64,000 bases of DNA from an uncultured Verrucomicrobiae bacterium. Its GTDB lineage: Bacteria > Verrucomicrobiota > Verrucomicrobiia > Chthoniobacterales > Terrimicrobiaceae. The translations under genes were made by a program, and so were the position numbers. Below, in pieces: positions 1 to 9,623 of the stretch (its first letter is position 1; the number at the start of each line of letters is the position of its first letter). A model generated the notes under the pieces. The model saw only the letters and a list, made by a program, of their open reading frames with translations. It ran no database searches and was not told where the DNA came from. Location: positions 512,001 through 576,000 of the forward strand of contig CAVPOC010000008.1 of the NCBI GenBank assembly GCA_963706955.1. The letters run 5' to 3'.

Positions 1-1012
1 CGACGGACCTCGAGACCCGCACTCTGCGCGCGATCGGAAATCCCGCGGAGCGCTTCGCTGAAGATAAATTGCGCCTTCTGCGGGCGGTGCGCCTCGCCAC
101 CGTGCTCGACTTCACCATCGAGGCTGGCACTTGGAATGCACTCTGCGCCGAGGTCGAGACCATTCACGACGTCAGCGCCGAACGTGTCCGAGACGAACTG
201 GTCAAGATTTTTGCCTCACCTCAACGGCTACGCGGATTCGACCTACTGGATGCCAGCGGATTGATGGCGGAGATCCTGCCGGAAATGCTTTCCCTAAAAG
301 GCTGCGAACAGCCGCCGGATTTCCATCCAGAAGGCGACGTGTTCGTCCATACGCGGCTGATGCTTGCGTTCCTGCCCGACAGAGGCCTCCGTGCCTCTGG
401 TCTTGGCAACACTCTTCCATGACCTGGGCAAGCCACCGACAATGGAACGCGACCAAACCGGACGCATCCGCTTCAGCGGGCATGAATCGGTGAGCGCGCA
501 AATGACCGAGGAAATCATGCGGCGACTGCGTTTTTCGAATGAGGAAATCGAGGCAACCACAGCCATGGTCCAAAATCACATGGTCTTCAAGGATGTCCAA
601 AATATGCGCGTCTCGCGCCTCAAGCGCTTCCTGGCGCGTCCAACCTTCGACGACGAGCTCGAACTGCATCGGGTCGATTGCCTGGCAAGCCACGGCAATC
701 TTGACAACTACGAATTTCTGAAACTCCGTCGCGAAGAACTTGCCAGTGAACCACTTATCCCACCGCCACTCCTCACCGGCCATGACCTCATCGCCCTTGG
801 GGTGGAAGCCAGGACCAAAGTTCAAGACCGTCCTCGACGCCGTCCAAGTGCGGCAGCTCGAAGGGATCCTGCGCACCCGCGAAGAGGCCATCTCCTGGGT
901 GGAAAAGGAGTTCGCGGCCAACACCCCTGGAGTAGAGCGCCACTCGGGGTCTCGCCGGGATGTGAATCTGGCGCTTCCGAGATTTCCTCTTTCAACCCTA
1001 AAGCGGTCCTGA
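1..1012 (+). CDS. cca: CCA tRNA nucleotidyltransferase with HD domain (5' partial; apparent frameshifts near 380 and 800)
   Basis: Motifs RAIG..ERFAEDKLRLLRAVR, SAERVRDEL, HPEGDVFVHT and LFHDLGKP are spread over ORFs 69-422, 364-1035 and 740-1012, which join by single-base shifts. Confidence 0.85.
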
Positions 1013-1043
1013 TAGAGAAGGAAGCTGGCAGTTGAACGTTGGT

Positions 1044-1073
1044 TTGCTTGCCTTATATTAGTTAATCTAATAT
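1044..1073 (+). promoter_or_regulatory. Putative sigma70 promoter with overlapping palindromic operator upstream of sdhC
   Basis: TTGCTT (1044-1049), N18, TAATAT (1068-1073); inverted repeat ATATTAG-N5-CTAATAT at 1055-1073. Confidence 0.45.
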
Positions 1074-1077
1074 CAAA

Positions 1078-1821
1078 ATGTCTGTCTCCTCCGCTTCCAC
1101 TACGACCTCCCCAGGAATTTCGAATGCATTAATTCGCTGGATTTTTTCCTCCATCGGCAAGAAGACCGTTGTCGCAGTCACTGGCATCGTCCTGGTGCTC
1201 TTTGTCATCGGACACATGATTGGCAACATGACGGTGTTCTTTGGCCCTGATACAATTAACGCATACGCGATGCATCTTCGCGATCTGGGTCCACTACTTT
1301 GGCTGATACGGCTCTTCATGTTGACCTCGGTGGTCCTCCACATTTGGTTCACGATGCTGGTGTGGAAGGAAAATGTGGAAGCTCATCCTCAGAAGTATGC
1401 AGTTTTCGCTCCGATGAAGACGACGATCTTCGCGCGGACGATGCGCCTCACCGGTCTGATCCTCCTGGCTTTCATTGTGTTTCATCTGGCCCATTTCACG
1501 CTGCTCCTCGTCGATCCCGGCTACGCCAATTACCACACAGATCTCCATGGGAGAGAAGTGCACGATGTCTACCGAATGGTCATTGTCGGTTTCCGCAATC
1601 CGTTCGTCAGCCTTTTCTACATCGTGGCCATGGCGCTTCTGGCATTCCACCTGAGTCACGGGGTCGCGAGCTTGTTCCAGACCTTGGGCGTCACGGACCA
1701 GAGGATGCGGTTCTATTACGAGACTGGAGGGCAAATCCTGGCCTGGATCCTCTTCGTCGGATATGTCGCGATACCGGTTTCGATCCTTGTCTTTGGCTTG
1801 GGCAACGGAGTTGTAAAATGA
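1078..1821 (+). CDS. sdhC: Succinate dehydrogenase/fumarate reductase cytochrome b subunit (b558 type)
   Basis: [13 protein letters not shown], five TM helices, heme-ligand His residues (GHMIGN, LHI, FHLAHF, FHLSHG); its stop overlaps the sdhA start (ATGA). Confidence 0.93.
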   Translation: MSVSSASTTTSPGISNALIRWIFSSIGKKTVVAVTGIVLVLFVIGHMIGNMTVFFGPDTINAYAMHLRDLGPLLWLIRLFMLTSVVLHIWFTMLVWKENVEAHPQKYAVFAPMKTTIFARTMRLTGLILLAFIVFHLAHFTLLLVDPGYANYHTDLHGREVHDVYRMVIVGFRNPFVSLFYIVAMALLAFHLSHGVASLFQTLGVTDQRMRFYYETGGQILAWILFVGYVAIPVSILVFGLGNGVVK

Positions 1822-3737
1822 CACTCGACGCACACATGCCTCCTGGTCCGCTGGAAAGAAAATGGACGACCTACAAGAATAACGCCAAGATCATTAGCCC
1901 GGCAAACAAGCGGAAGTTCAAGCTGATCATCGTGGGAAGCGGATTAGCGGGAGGCGCAGCTGCGGCGACACTTGGCGAGCAGGGATTCAATATCGAATGT
2001 TTCTGCTATCAGGACAGCGCGCGCCGCGCCCACTCGATTGCCGCACAAGGGGGAATTAACGCGGCCAAGAACTATCAGAACGACGGCGACAGCGTCTATC
2101 GGCTCTTCTACGACACTATCAAGGGCGGAGACTTCCGCGCGCGGGAGGCGAATGTCTACCGTCTGGCGGAGGTCAGCGCCTCGATCATCGATCAGTGCGT
2201 GGCGCAAGGGGTTCCATTTGCACGCGAATACGGCGGTCTTTTGGCCAATCGTTCCTTTGGAGGCGCGCAGGTCTCACGCACATTCTATGCGCGCGGCCAG
2301 ACTGGCCAGCAGCTTCTTTTGGGCGCATATCAGGCGCTTTGCGCACAGATCACCGCCGGCCAGGTGAAGATGTTCCCGCGCACCGAAATGCTCGATCTCG
2401 TCATTGTCGATGGACATGCCAAGGGCATCGTCGTTCGGGACATGGTGAGCGGCGAGATTCGCAGCCATGCCGGTGACGCAGTCCTGCTCTGCACGGGTGG
2501 TTACGGCAATGTCTTTTACCTCTCCACCAATGCCAAAGGCTGCAATGTGACCGCCACGTTCCGCGCCTACAAGCGTGGCGCATTGTTTGCCAATCCCTGT
2601 TACACCCAAATTCACCCCACTTGCATCCCGGTGGCCGGAGACTATCAATCGAAACTTACCCTGATGAGCGAGTCGCTCCGCAACGACGGCCGGGTCTGGG
2701 TTCCCAAGCGTAAGGAGGATTGCAACAAGCCTCCTCACGAAATTCCGGAGGAGGCGCGCGACTACTATCTTGAGCGTAAGTATCCAAGCTATGGAAATCT
2801 GGCGCCGCGCGATATTTCCTCCCGCAGCGCGAAGGAAGCCTGTGACGAGGGCAGAGGAATCGGTCCGGGCGGGCTTGGCGTTTACCTTGACTTCTCCGAT
2901 GCGATCAAGCGCCTCGGGCGGAGTGTTGTCGAGGAGCGTTACAGCAATCTCTTCGAAATGTATGAAAACATCACCGGCGAAAATGCTTTTGAACGGCCCA
3001 TGCGCATTTACCCGGCCGTCCATTACACCATGGGAGGATCGTGGGTGGACTACAATTTGATGAGCAACGTTCCCGGTCTGCACGTCATGGGCGAAGCAAA
3101 CTTCTCCGACCACGGCGCCAATCGCCTCGGCGCCTCGGCACTGATGCAAGGTCTCGCCGACGGCTATTTCGTGATCCCCTATACCATCGGCAACTATCTC
3201 GCCGGCGAATTCAACAAAAAGCGTCCCCAGCCCAGCGATCCCGCATTCCAGCAAACGGAAAAGGAGGTCCGCGAACGCGTTCAGCGCCTGCTCAGTATCA
3301 ATGGCACCCGAACTGTCGACAGCTTCCACCGGGAGCTTGGCCTCCTCATGTGGGACAAATGCGGGATGGCCCGCGATAAGGCTGGCCTGGAGGAAGCCAT
3401 CGCCCGGATGCCCAAGCTCCGTGACGAATTCTGGTCGAATGTCAAAGTTCTTGGCGCCGGGGAAAACATCAACCAATCGCTGGAAAAGGCCGGACGGGTC
3501 GCCGATTTCCTCGAGTTCGGCGAACTGATGTGTCGCGATGCCTTAGATCGCAATGAATCGTGTGGCGGGCACTTCCGTGTCGAATATCAAACTCCGGAAG
3601 GCGAGGCGCTGCGCGATGACGAGAATTACGCCCACGTCTCCGCGTGGAAGTACGAAGGCCCAGACAAGGAACCAACGAGGATCAAAGAACCGCTCGTCTA
3701 TGAAACCGTGAAACTGGCGACGAGAAGCTATAAGTAG
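1818..3737 (+). CDS. sdhA: Succinate dehydrogenase/fumarate reductase flavoprotein subunit
   Basis: GSGLAG FAD motif, [13 protein letters not shown] covalent-FAD His motif, [26 protein letters not shown]. Confidence 0.97.
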   Translation: MTLDAHMPPGPLERKWTTYKNNAKIISPANKRKFKLIIVGSGLAGGAAAATLGEQGFNIECFCYQDSARRAHSIAAQGGINAAKNYQNDGDSVYRLFYDTIKGGDFRAREANVYRLAEVSASIIDQCVAQGVPFAREYGGLLANRSFGGAQVSRTFYARGQTGQQLLLGAYQALCAQITAGQVKMFPRTEMLDLVIVDGHAKGIVVRDMVSGEIRSHAGDAVLLCTGGYGNVFYLSTNAKGCNVTATFRAYKRGALFANPCYTQIHPTCIPVAGDYQSKLTLMSESLRNDGRVWVPKRKEDCNKPPHEIPEEARDYYLERKYPSYGNLAPRDISSRSAKEACDEGRGIGPGGLGVYLDFSDAIKRLGRSVVEERYSNLFEMYENITGENAFERPMRIYPAVHYTMGGSWVDYNLMSNVPGLHVMGEANFSDHGANRLGASALMQGLADGYFVIPYTIGNYLAGEFNKKRPQPSDPAFQQTEKEVRERVQRLLSINGTRTVDSFHRELGLLMWDKCGMARDKAGLEEAIARMPKLRDEFWSNVKVLGAGENINQSLEKAGRVADFLEFGELMCRDALDRNESCGGHFRVEYQTPEGEALRDDENYAHVSAWKYEGPDKEPTRIKEPLVYETVKLATRSYK

Positions 3738-3768
3738 GTTGATGGCTGAGAGTTGATGGTTGATGGAC
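3738..3768. repeat. Left arm of heptamer inverted repeat (4 x GTTGATG-like + GAC)
   Basis: gttgatg gctgaga gttgatg gttgatg gac, starting directly after the sdhA stop codon. Confidence 0.9.
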
Positions 3769-3784
3769 ACTTCCAAAGCAGCTC

Positions 3785-4138
3785 ATGTTTAACTTTGAAA
3801 AATTAGAAGCTTGGCAGCGAGCCGTTGATTTTGCGGATCTCGTTTACGCCACAACACGCGGCTTTCCGCGCGAGGAACTATTCGGGCTTGCGATGCAGAT
3901 GCGGAGGGCTGCTGTCTCAGTGTCTTCGAATTTAGCGGAGGGAAGTTCGCGGTCCTCGCGCGTGGACTTCGCCAGATTTACCGAGATCGCTACCGGCTCA
4001 CTCTTCGAGGTGATTTCACAGAGCGTTATCGCAAAGCGCCAAGGACTTCTTAGTGAAACGGATTATCTTAAGGCCTATCAAGCCGCCGAAAAGCTCGGAA
4101 GAATGTTGAGTGGGCTTCGAGGTTCGCTGCTTTCGTGA
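3785..4138 (+). CDS. Four helix bundle protein (23S rRNA intervening-sequence protein family, TIGR02436-like)
   Basis: [10 protein letters not shown]...[40 protein letters not shown] is the family signature; 117 aa. Confidence 0.92.
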   Translation: MFNFEKLEAWQRAVDFADLVYATTRGFPREELFGLAMQMRRAAVSVSSNLAEGSSRSSRVDFARFTEIATGSLFEVISQSVIAKRQGLLSETDYLKAYQAAEKLGRMLSGLRGSLLS

Positions 4139-4145
4139 TGAGCGC

Positions 4146-4176
4146 GTCGATCAACCATCAACAATCAACCATCAAC
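4146..4176. repeat. Right arm of heptamer inverted repeat (GTC + 4 x CATCAAC-like)
   Basis: gtc gatcaac catcaac aatcaac catcaac; its reverse complement matches the left arm at 27/31 positions; ends 5 nt before the sdhB ATG. Confidence 0.9.
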
Positions 4177-4181
4177 TCTCC

Positions 4182-4940
4182 ATGAACTTTACTTTACGCG
4201 TTTGGCGCCAGAACGGGCCCAAGGAAAGCGGACGTTTCGAAGAGTACCCCGCGCATGATATCCCCGCGGATGCTTCCTTTCTGGAGATGTTAGACATTGT
4301 CAACGAAGGGCTGATCGAAAAGAACGTTGAGCCGATCGCCTTTGATCACGATTGCCGTGAAGGCATTTGCGGAACCTGCAGTCTCACCATCAACGGAGTG
4401 CCCCATGGTCCAGGCAGGGGCACGACATGTCAGCTTTACATGCGCAAGTTCCACGATCGCGATGTGATCACGGTGGAGCCATTTCGGGCGGCGCCGTTTC
4501 CGGTATTGCGTGATCTCACCGTCGACCGCAATGCCTTCGACCGCCTCATCCAGGCGGGCGGATTTATCACCGAGCGCTGCGGTGCGGCTCCGGATGCGAA
4601 TGCGCTCCCGATTCCTAAAACCATTGCCGACCTTTCCATGGACGCCGCTGCCTGCATCGGTTGCGGTGCATGCGCCGCTGCCTGCCCGAACAGCTCCGCG
4701 ATGCTCTTCGTCAGCGCTAAGACTGGTCACCTTGGCTTGCTGCCCCAAGGCAAAGCCGAAAAGTACCGCCGAATTCTTAAGATGGTTCGCACCATGGACG
4801 AAGAAGGCTTTGGCAATTGCTCGAACTATTATGCATGTGAAGCTGTCTGCCCGGCCGGCATTCCGGCGGCATTTATTGCGCGGTTAAATCGTGACTACAC
4901 CGTGGCCGCGGCGAGAGAATCGGTCGGCGCGACATATTAG
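4182..4940 (+). CDS. sdhB: Succinate dehydrogenase/fumarate reductase iron-sulfur subunit
   Basis: [13 protein letters not shown] (2Fe-2S), [12 protein letters not shown] and [12 protein letters not shown] clusters. Confidence 0.96.
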   Translation: MNFTLRVWRQNGPKESGRFEEYPAHDIPADASFLEMLDIVNEGLIEKNVEPIAFDHDCREGICGTCSLTINGVPHGPGRGTTCQLYMRKFHDRDVITVEPFRAAPFPVLRDLTVDRNAFDRLIQAGGFITERCGAAPDANALPIPKTIADLSMDAAACIGCGACAAACPNSSAMLFVSAKTGHLGLLPQGKAEKYRRILKMVRTMDEEGFGNCSNYYACEAVCPAGIPAAFIARLNRDYTVAAARESVGATY

Positions 4941-4995
4941 TTTCCATCACTCCTTCGTTGCTGCGGCGGGGTAATTGCTTTACCTGATTGCCCCT

Positions 4996-6042
4996 GTGAT
5001 CCCGGTTTCGGACACGCAAGCGAAGCAGACGAATGGCCCGCCGGCGGCCGGGTTCTCGCTATTGCACCATTCGCTCACAGTCCTGCAGGTCGCCGTCACC
5101 GTGGGGTTGCTTTGGTGGCTCTTTCATGATCCTGAGCGTCGCGGCGTGATGGCCGCGGCATTGAAGGTGGCCGATTGGCGTTGGATCATGCTGGCCATTG
5201 TCGCAGCGGGAATTTGCGAGTTCTTTGGGATCCTTCGCTGGCAGCTTTTCCTGCGCATGCTGCACATCGAAGTTGCCGCTGCGCAAAACTTCGAATTTGT
5301 TCTTCATTGGCGCATTCTTTAATCAATTTCTTCCCGGCACGACCGGCGGAGACGTCATCCGAGTTATTTTTCTTATGCAAGATCATCCGGAGAACAAGAC
5401 GGAGGGATTTTAAGTGTCGCCGTGGACCGTCTGCTGGCGGTGCTGGTGTTGGTGATCATGGGGCTGCTCTTTGCCTGGATGCGTAGCGACTGGTTCGCGA
5501 GCAGTTTTGCGGTCGGCCACCTGATGAAGTGGTTCGCGATTACCCTCTTCGTGATGGCCCTCGCACTGGTGGCTTCGTTTGTTTTGACCAGCCGTCACCT
5601 GGTCACTCTGCTCCCGAGGCGTTTTCCATTTCGCAGGCAAATTATTAAGCTTTCCAGGATTTGGCAGCTCTGCCTGGAGAATCGCCGCGAAGCTCTCCTG
5701 GGGACCATCTACACGGTCCCGATGCTGTTAGCTTATTTTGCAGCCTTCTGCTTTGCTGCGAAAGCCTTCACCGACAAAGTAAGCTTCTGGGATATGACAT
5801 CGATCATGCCTCTGGTGACGGCGATTTCTTCCCTGCCGATCAGCCTCAATGGAATCGGCGTGCGCGAGGCACTCTTCGAGGAATTACTGGCGGAACTCTG
5901 CGGCGTTTCACGCGGCACGGGACTCTTAATTTCCATCGCCGGAATGACCGTCTATCTACTTTGGGGATTGGTCGGCGGGTTCTTCTATCTTGGACGCATC
6001 ACCCGGCGCTATCGCGCTTCCAGTGAGACGGCAGGGAAATAA
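4996..6042 (+). CDS. Lysylphosphatidylglycerol synthase TM-domain / flippase-like (YbhN/UPF0104) membrane protein; apparent frameshifts near 5280 and 5410
   Basis: LRWQLFL, FFNQFLPGTTGGDVIR, DRL and LPISLNGIGVRE motifs across three consecutive frames. Confidence 0.8.
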
Positions 6043-7840
6043 ATAGCCGCTGGCTCGACGCTCCACCAAAGGCCCGTTCGTCTCCCCTCGGCCATGGTAG
6101 TAAAGGTATAGCGGTCACTCAGCGCCCTCACGAAGCGTGGCGGATTGTTCCCGAAGGGATTCTCCTCGAGCAAATCGGAGACGGCAGGTGAACCCTCGAG
6201 TGAGACGCTCGAGAAAGCGCAAGAACCACGGGATTTTGCTCAGCTGTTCCTAAGGCCGCAAACCACATTTGCCAATCGAGCCGCGGCATGTAGGGAGCGA
6301 CCCACGGGGGAGCGCGCCGCGGGTCGCCCGGTTTGAAACGGAAAGCATAGGCTTTCCAAGTAGCTCCGTCATCCGATCCCTGGACCAAAATTTCCCTGCG
6401 CTCCTTGGTCATGACGGCGAAAAGCCCATAGCCATTAATAGTGCGAAACGGAGCCACCGCTTGATAAGCCATCACCAGCGGCCCGAGTAAAGGCATTGGT
6501 CGACGGAACGCAGCCGCCAGCGGCACCAAGCTCAACAGAACGATCGCAAGCGCCCCCGCAAGAACAAGCTTCCTCGGGATAAAACGCGCCGGGTGGACGC
6601 GTTCACGATGGAGTTGCCGCTTTGATGAGGTCACTTGCCTCCAGACCGCATCGTCCACGCACATCAAACAGAGGACCAGCGTCAACAGATTGAAGAATCC
6701 ATAATTGCCGGTAAGCGCGATCAAGAGCTGAAGCGTTGCGATGCCTCCCACCGCGAACAATCGAGCGCGTCTCGGCCCAAAAAGAAAAAAAGGCAGCACC
6801 AGTTCGATGGCAAACATCGTCCAGACGCTAATCGTCTGCCAAATGATGGGTAACTGTTGGGCATACCAGGCGGGCGGAGTCGGAAGAGGCTGCGTGAAAT
6901 AGTGGTATTCAAGCGCAGTCCCATCGACCCAAGCTGGATCCCCACTCGTTAGCTTGACCACGCCGGAGGCGAAAATAAGTCGAAACAACAACCAGACGAG
7001 TAAGAAGCGTGCGGCACGTGGCGGATTGGCAGGGCTTCCCAAACGCGGAGTCAGTGGCGCCAGAAAGATGCTCATGAATCCCGCTTCGAGCAGCAGGATG
7101 TCCCACTGGTATTGATAGAACTGCTGTCCGGCAATCGTGAGCGAAAGGTAGTCGAACCATAGGAATACCAGGCAGGGCAACGGCACGAATCCAACAATCA
7201 AAGCGAGGGACGCAATAATCCCGGCACCAGACCAGGCATAGAGCGCTGTCTCGCCGGCGCCCAACCAGCAGATACTAGGAAACTGCAGGAACCCAGCCTC
7301 CCCGAGAATTTCGCGGACTCTGTCAAAAAACTCAGGGGCGGGAAGAATTCCCTTTGCTCCATTCAGTCCGGAAAGCTGAAGCAAATAGGAAGCAAACGCC
7401 AAGAGATACACCACGCCGAGCAGCCGCAGGAATAACCAACTGGAGATCGCAAATGTTGGCACTCGCACATCTGCACCCCAAAGGACTTGAGTCCCCCGGG
7501 AAAAGAGAATCCGATTCCGGGCAACCACACCATAAGCCGCGTCCGCGCTCCGGGCGAACCAAGGCTTCTCGTTGTAGAGCGAGAGAAGTGTCCGCCCGCT
7601 CCCAGAAGCCGTCGCCAGCGCTGCAAAAACCGCCGGCGCGCCCGACAATCGTTCGCCATTGGCTCCTACCCACTGGACCGCTTCATTTGATTCCTGCTCT
7701 GCGACCTCCGGGAATTCCGCAGCCGCCTCTTGGGACGTGACGTAGCGAACCCGCTCGCCAGTCGTCGCACGCCAGCGCTCGACCCACCGGGCGCAGAACT
7801 TGCAGTCGCCATCATAAATCAGGGTCGGAGGCTGCGCCAT
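6009..7840 (-). CDS. Lipase maturation factor family protein with N-terminal DCC1-like (DUF393) thiol-disulfide domain; apparent frameshifts near the C-terminus
   Basis: IYDGDCKFC at the N-terminus; FLRLLGVVY, YQWDILLLEAGF, HYFTQPLP, GNYGFFNLL, NGYGLFAVMT, PRLDWQMWFAAL; C-terminus PPRFVRA..RYTFT recovered in a shifted frame, ending TAG at 6009. Confidence 0.85.
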
Positions 7841-7964
7841 GGGCAGTCCACGCTCGGCGCTCGGCTCTGAACATTCAATGCAAAAGCTGGCGAGTGCGCC
7901 GGTCGAGCCCTCCACCTAACTTGGACGTTGAAGGTTATCCCATAAGAGCTGAGAATTGGCCCCT

Positions 7965-8744
7965 GTGACCTCACTTGACTGGCTCGAACGCCATCTCTCT
8001 CGTTTCGCTATTCCGCGGCTCATTCGGTATGTCGTCGCCCTCAACGCGCTCGTCTTCATCCTGCTAACCCTCGACCCGAAGTATGTCTCAGTGCTGGTCC
8101 TCGACCGCGACGCCATTCTTCAAGGTCAGGTTTGGAGACTCGTCAGTTGGATCTTCATTCCTGATACGCTTAGCCCGATCTGGGTAATTTTTTACCTGAT
8201 GGTTGTTTGGTGGACAGGCGAGCTGCTTGAGGGCACTTGGGGAACATTCCGACTGAACGCCTACTATTTCTTAGGCATGTTCTTCTGCGTCGCCTCGGCG
8301 CTGATTTTCGGCGCTTCCGGCGGCAACATGTTTCTCAACCTCTCTTTATTCCTCGCAGTGGCGACACTCGCGCCGAACATGGAGATTCTTTTCCTGCTCG
8401 TCATCCCACTTAAACTGAAGTGGGTTGCCCTCATCAGCTTACTCTGGCCGGCCTACATCCTTGTGACGGGTTCGCTGCCCGTTAAGATGATCGTCATCAT
8501 GTGCCTTGGCAATTACCTGATCTTTTTCGCTCCATCCATGATCAGGCGGTCGCGGGAAAATCGTCAAACCACGCAGCGGCGCGCCCGATTTGAAGCGGGC
8601 AAGGACCCTTCGCCAACTTTGCATCGCTGCGAAGCGTGCGGAATCACGGAAGCAACCGATCCCCACGCCGACTTTCGCGTGGCCAGCGATGGCAGAGAAT
8701 ACTGCACGCGCCATCTACCCAACGAAACCATCAAAGTCGGTTAG
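7965..8744 (+). CDS. Rhomboid/Der1-like membrane protein with C-terminal Cys/His zinc-ribbon
   Basis: GQVWRLVSWIF motif, multiple TM helices, C-terminal HRCEACG...EYCTRH. Confidence 0.7.
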   Translation: MTSLDWLERHLSRFAIPRLIRYVVALNALVFILLTLDPKYVSVLVLDRDAILQGQVWRLVSWIFIPDTLSPIWVIFYLMVVWWTGELLEGTWGTFRLNAYYFLGMFFCVASALIFGASGGNMFLNLSLFLAVATLAPNMEILFLLVIPLKLKWVALISLLWPAYILVTGSLPVKMIVIMCLGNYLIFFAPSMIRRSRENRQTTQRRARFEAGKDPSPTLHRCEACGITEATDPHADFRVASDGREYCTRHLPNETIKVG

Positions 8745-9597
8745 CTTCTCCCTGTTGGGATATCGAAGCCTTCGTTTGGGCGATGAGGTCCTCCGGCGAG
8801 TAGCCTTGCGCTCGCAGGCCTCGCAAGCTCAGGGCCGCATTACGTTTGGCCAGCCGGCGTCCATCGTTATCCAGCAGAAGAGGACAATGAAAGAAGGTCG
8901 GCGGTTGAGCCTTAAGCGCTCGATAGATCAGGATTTGCCTTGCGGTCGAGGTGAGAAGGTCCGCTCCGCGGACAACTTCGGTGACCCCCATCGCCAGATC
9001 ATCAACGACAACAGCAAGCTCGTAGGCAGGTATATCATCTCGATTCCAGATAAGAAAATCCCCGAAATCGCGCGAGGCCATGCGGGTGATGGCGCCGTAG
9101 TTTCCATCGTGAAACGCGATCGACTCTCCGTCCGGAACGCGAAATCGCCAGTTGGTGCCGCGTGGTTCCAAGAGGTGCATCCCCTCCCCGACGGGTGTTC
9201 GCCATTCGATCGGAAAGATGGGCTCTTCCTCATGAGGAGCGAGAGCTGCCTCCGACACATCCCTTCGGGAGCGCAGGCAGGGATAAATGCAACCAGCATC
9301 GCGCAGTTTGCGCCAAGCGTTCAGGTAGAGCTCGCGTCTCTGGCTCTGATAAATGGGACCCTCGTGCCATTCGACTCCCAACCATTCGAGGTCTGCGATG
9401 GCGGCCTCGGCATAGCTGGGCTTGCAGCGCTGCGGATCCAGATCGTCAATCCGCAAATGGGTGAGGCCTTCGAATTGTCGCGAACGCTCGTGGGCTCTCC
9501 AGAAAGTGGCCGCATGTCCCAGATGAAGGTAGCCGGTCGGTGTCGGTGCGATCCGACCGCGATAGCCCGATCTTGGTATTGAAACACTGCCAGACAA
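8731..9597 (-). CDS. gluQ: tRNA glutamyl-Q(34) synthetase GluQRS
   Basis: GRIAPTPTGYLHLGH, LRIDDLD, YQSQR, YELAVVVDD, VVRGADLL, RLAKR; no anticodon-binding domain. Start codon uncertain. Confidence 0.88.
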   Translation of the reverse strand: MSGSVSIPRSGYRGRIAPTPTGYLHLGHAATFWRAHERSRQFEGLTHLRIDDLDPQRCKPSYAEAAIADLEWLGVEWHEGPIYQSQRRELYLNAWRKLRDAGCIYPCLRSRRDVSEAALAPHEEEPIFPIEWRTPVGEGMHLLEPRGTNWRFRVPDGESIAFHDGNYGAITRMASRDFGDFLIWNRDDIPAYELAVVVDDLAMGVTEVVRGADLLTSTARQILIYRALKAQPPTFFHCPLLLDNDGRRLAKRNAALSLRGLRAQGYSPEDLIAQTKASISQQGEANRL

Positions 9598-9623
9598 GGA
9601 GACGCTTTTGCTCGGCCGAAATT

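Noticed and set aside
3738..4176. Diversity-generating retroelement (four-helix-bundle protein as Avd)
   Set aside because: No reverse transcriptase and no template/variable repeat pair with adenine-specific differences in the window.
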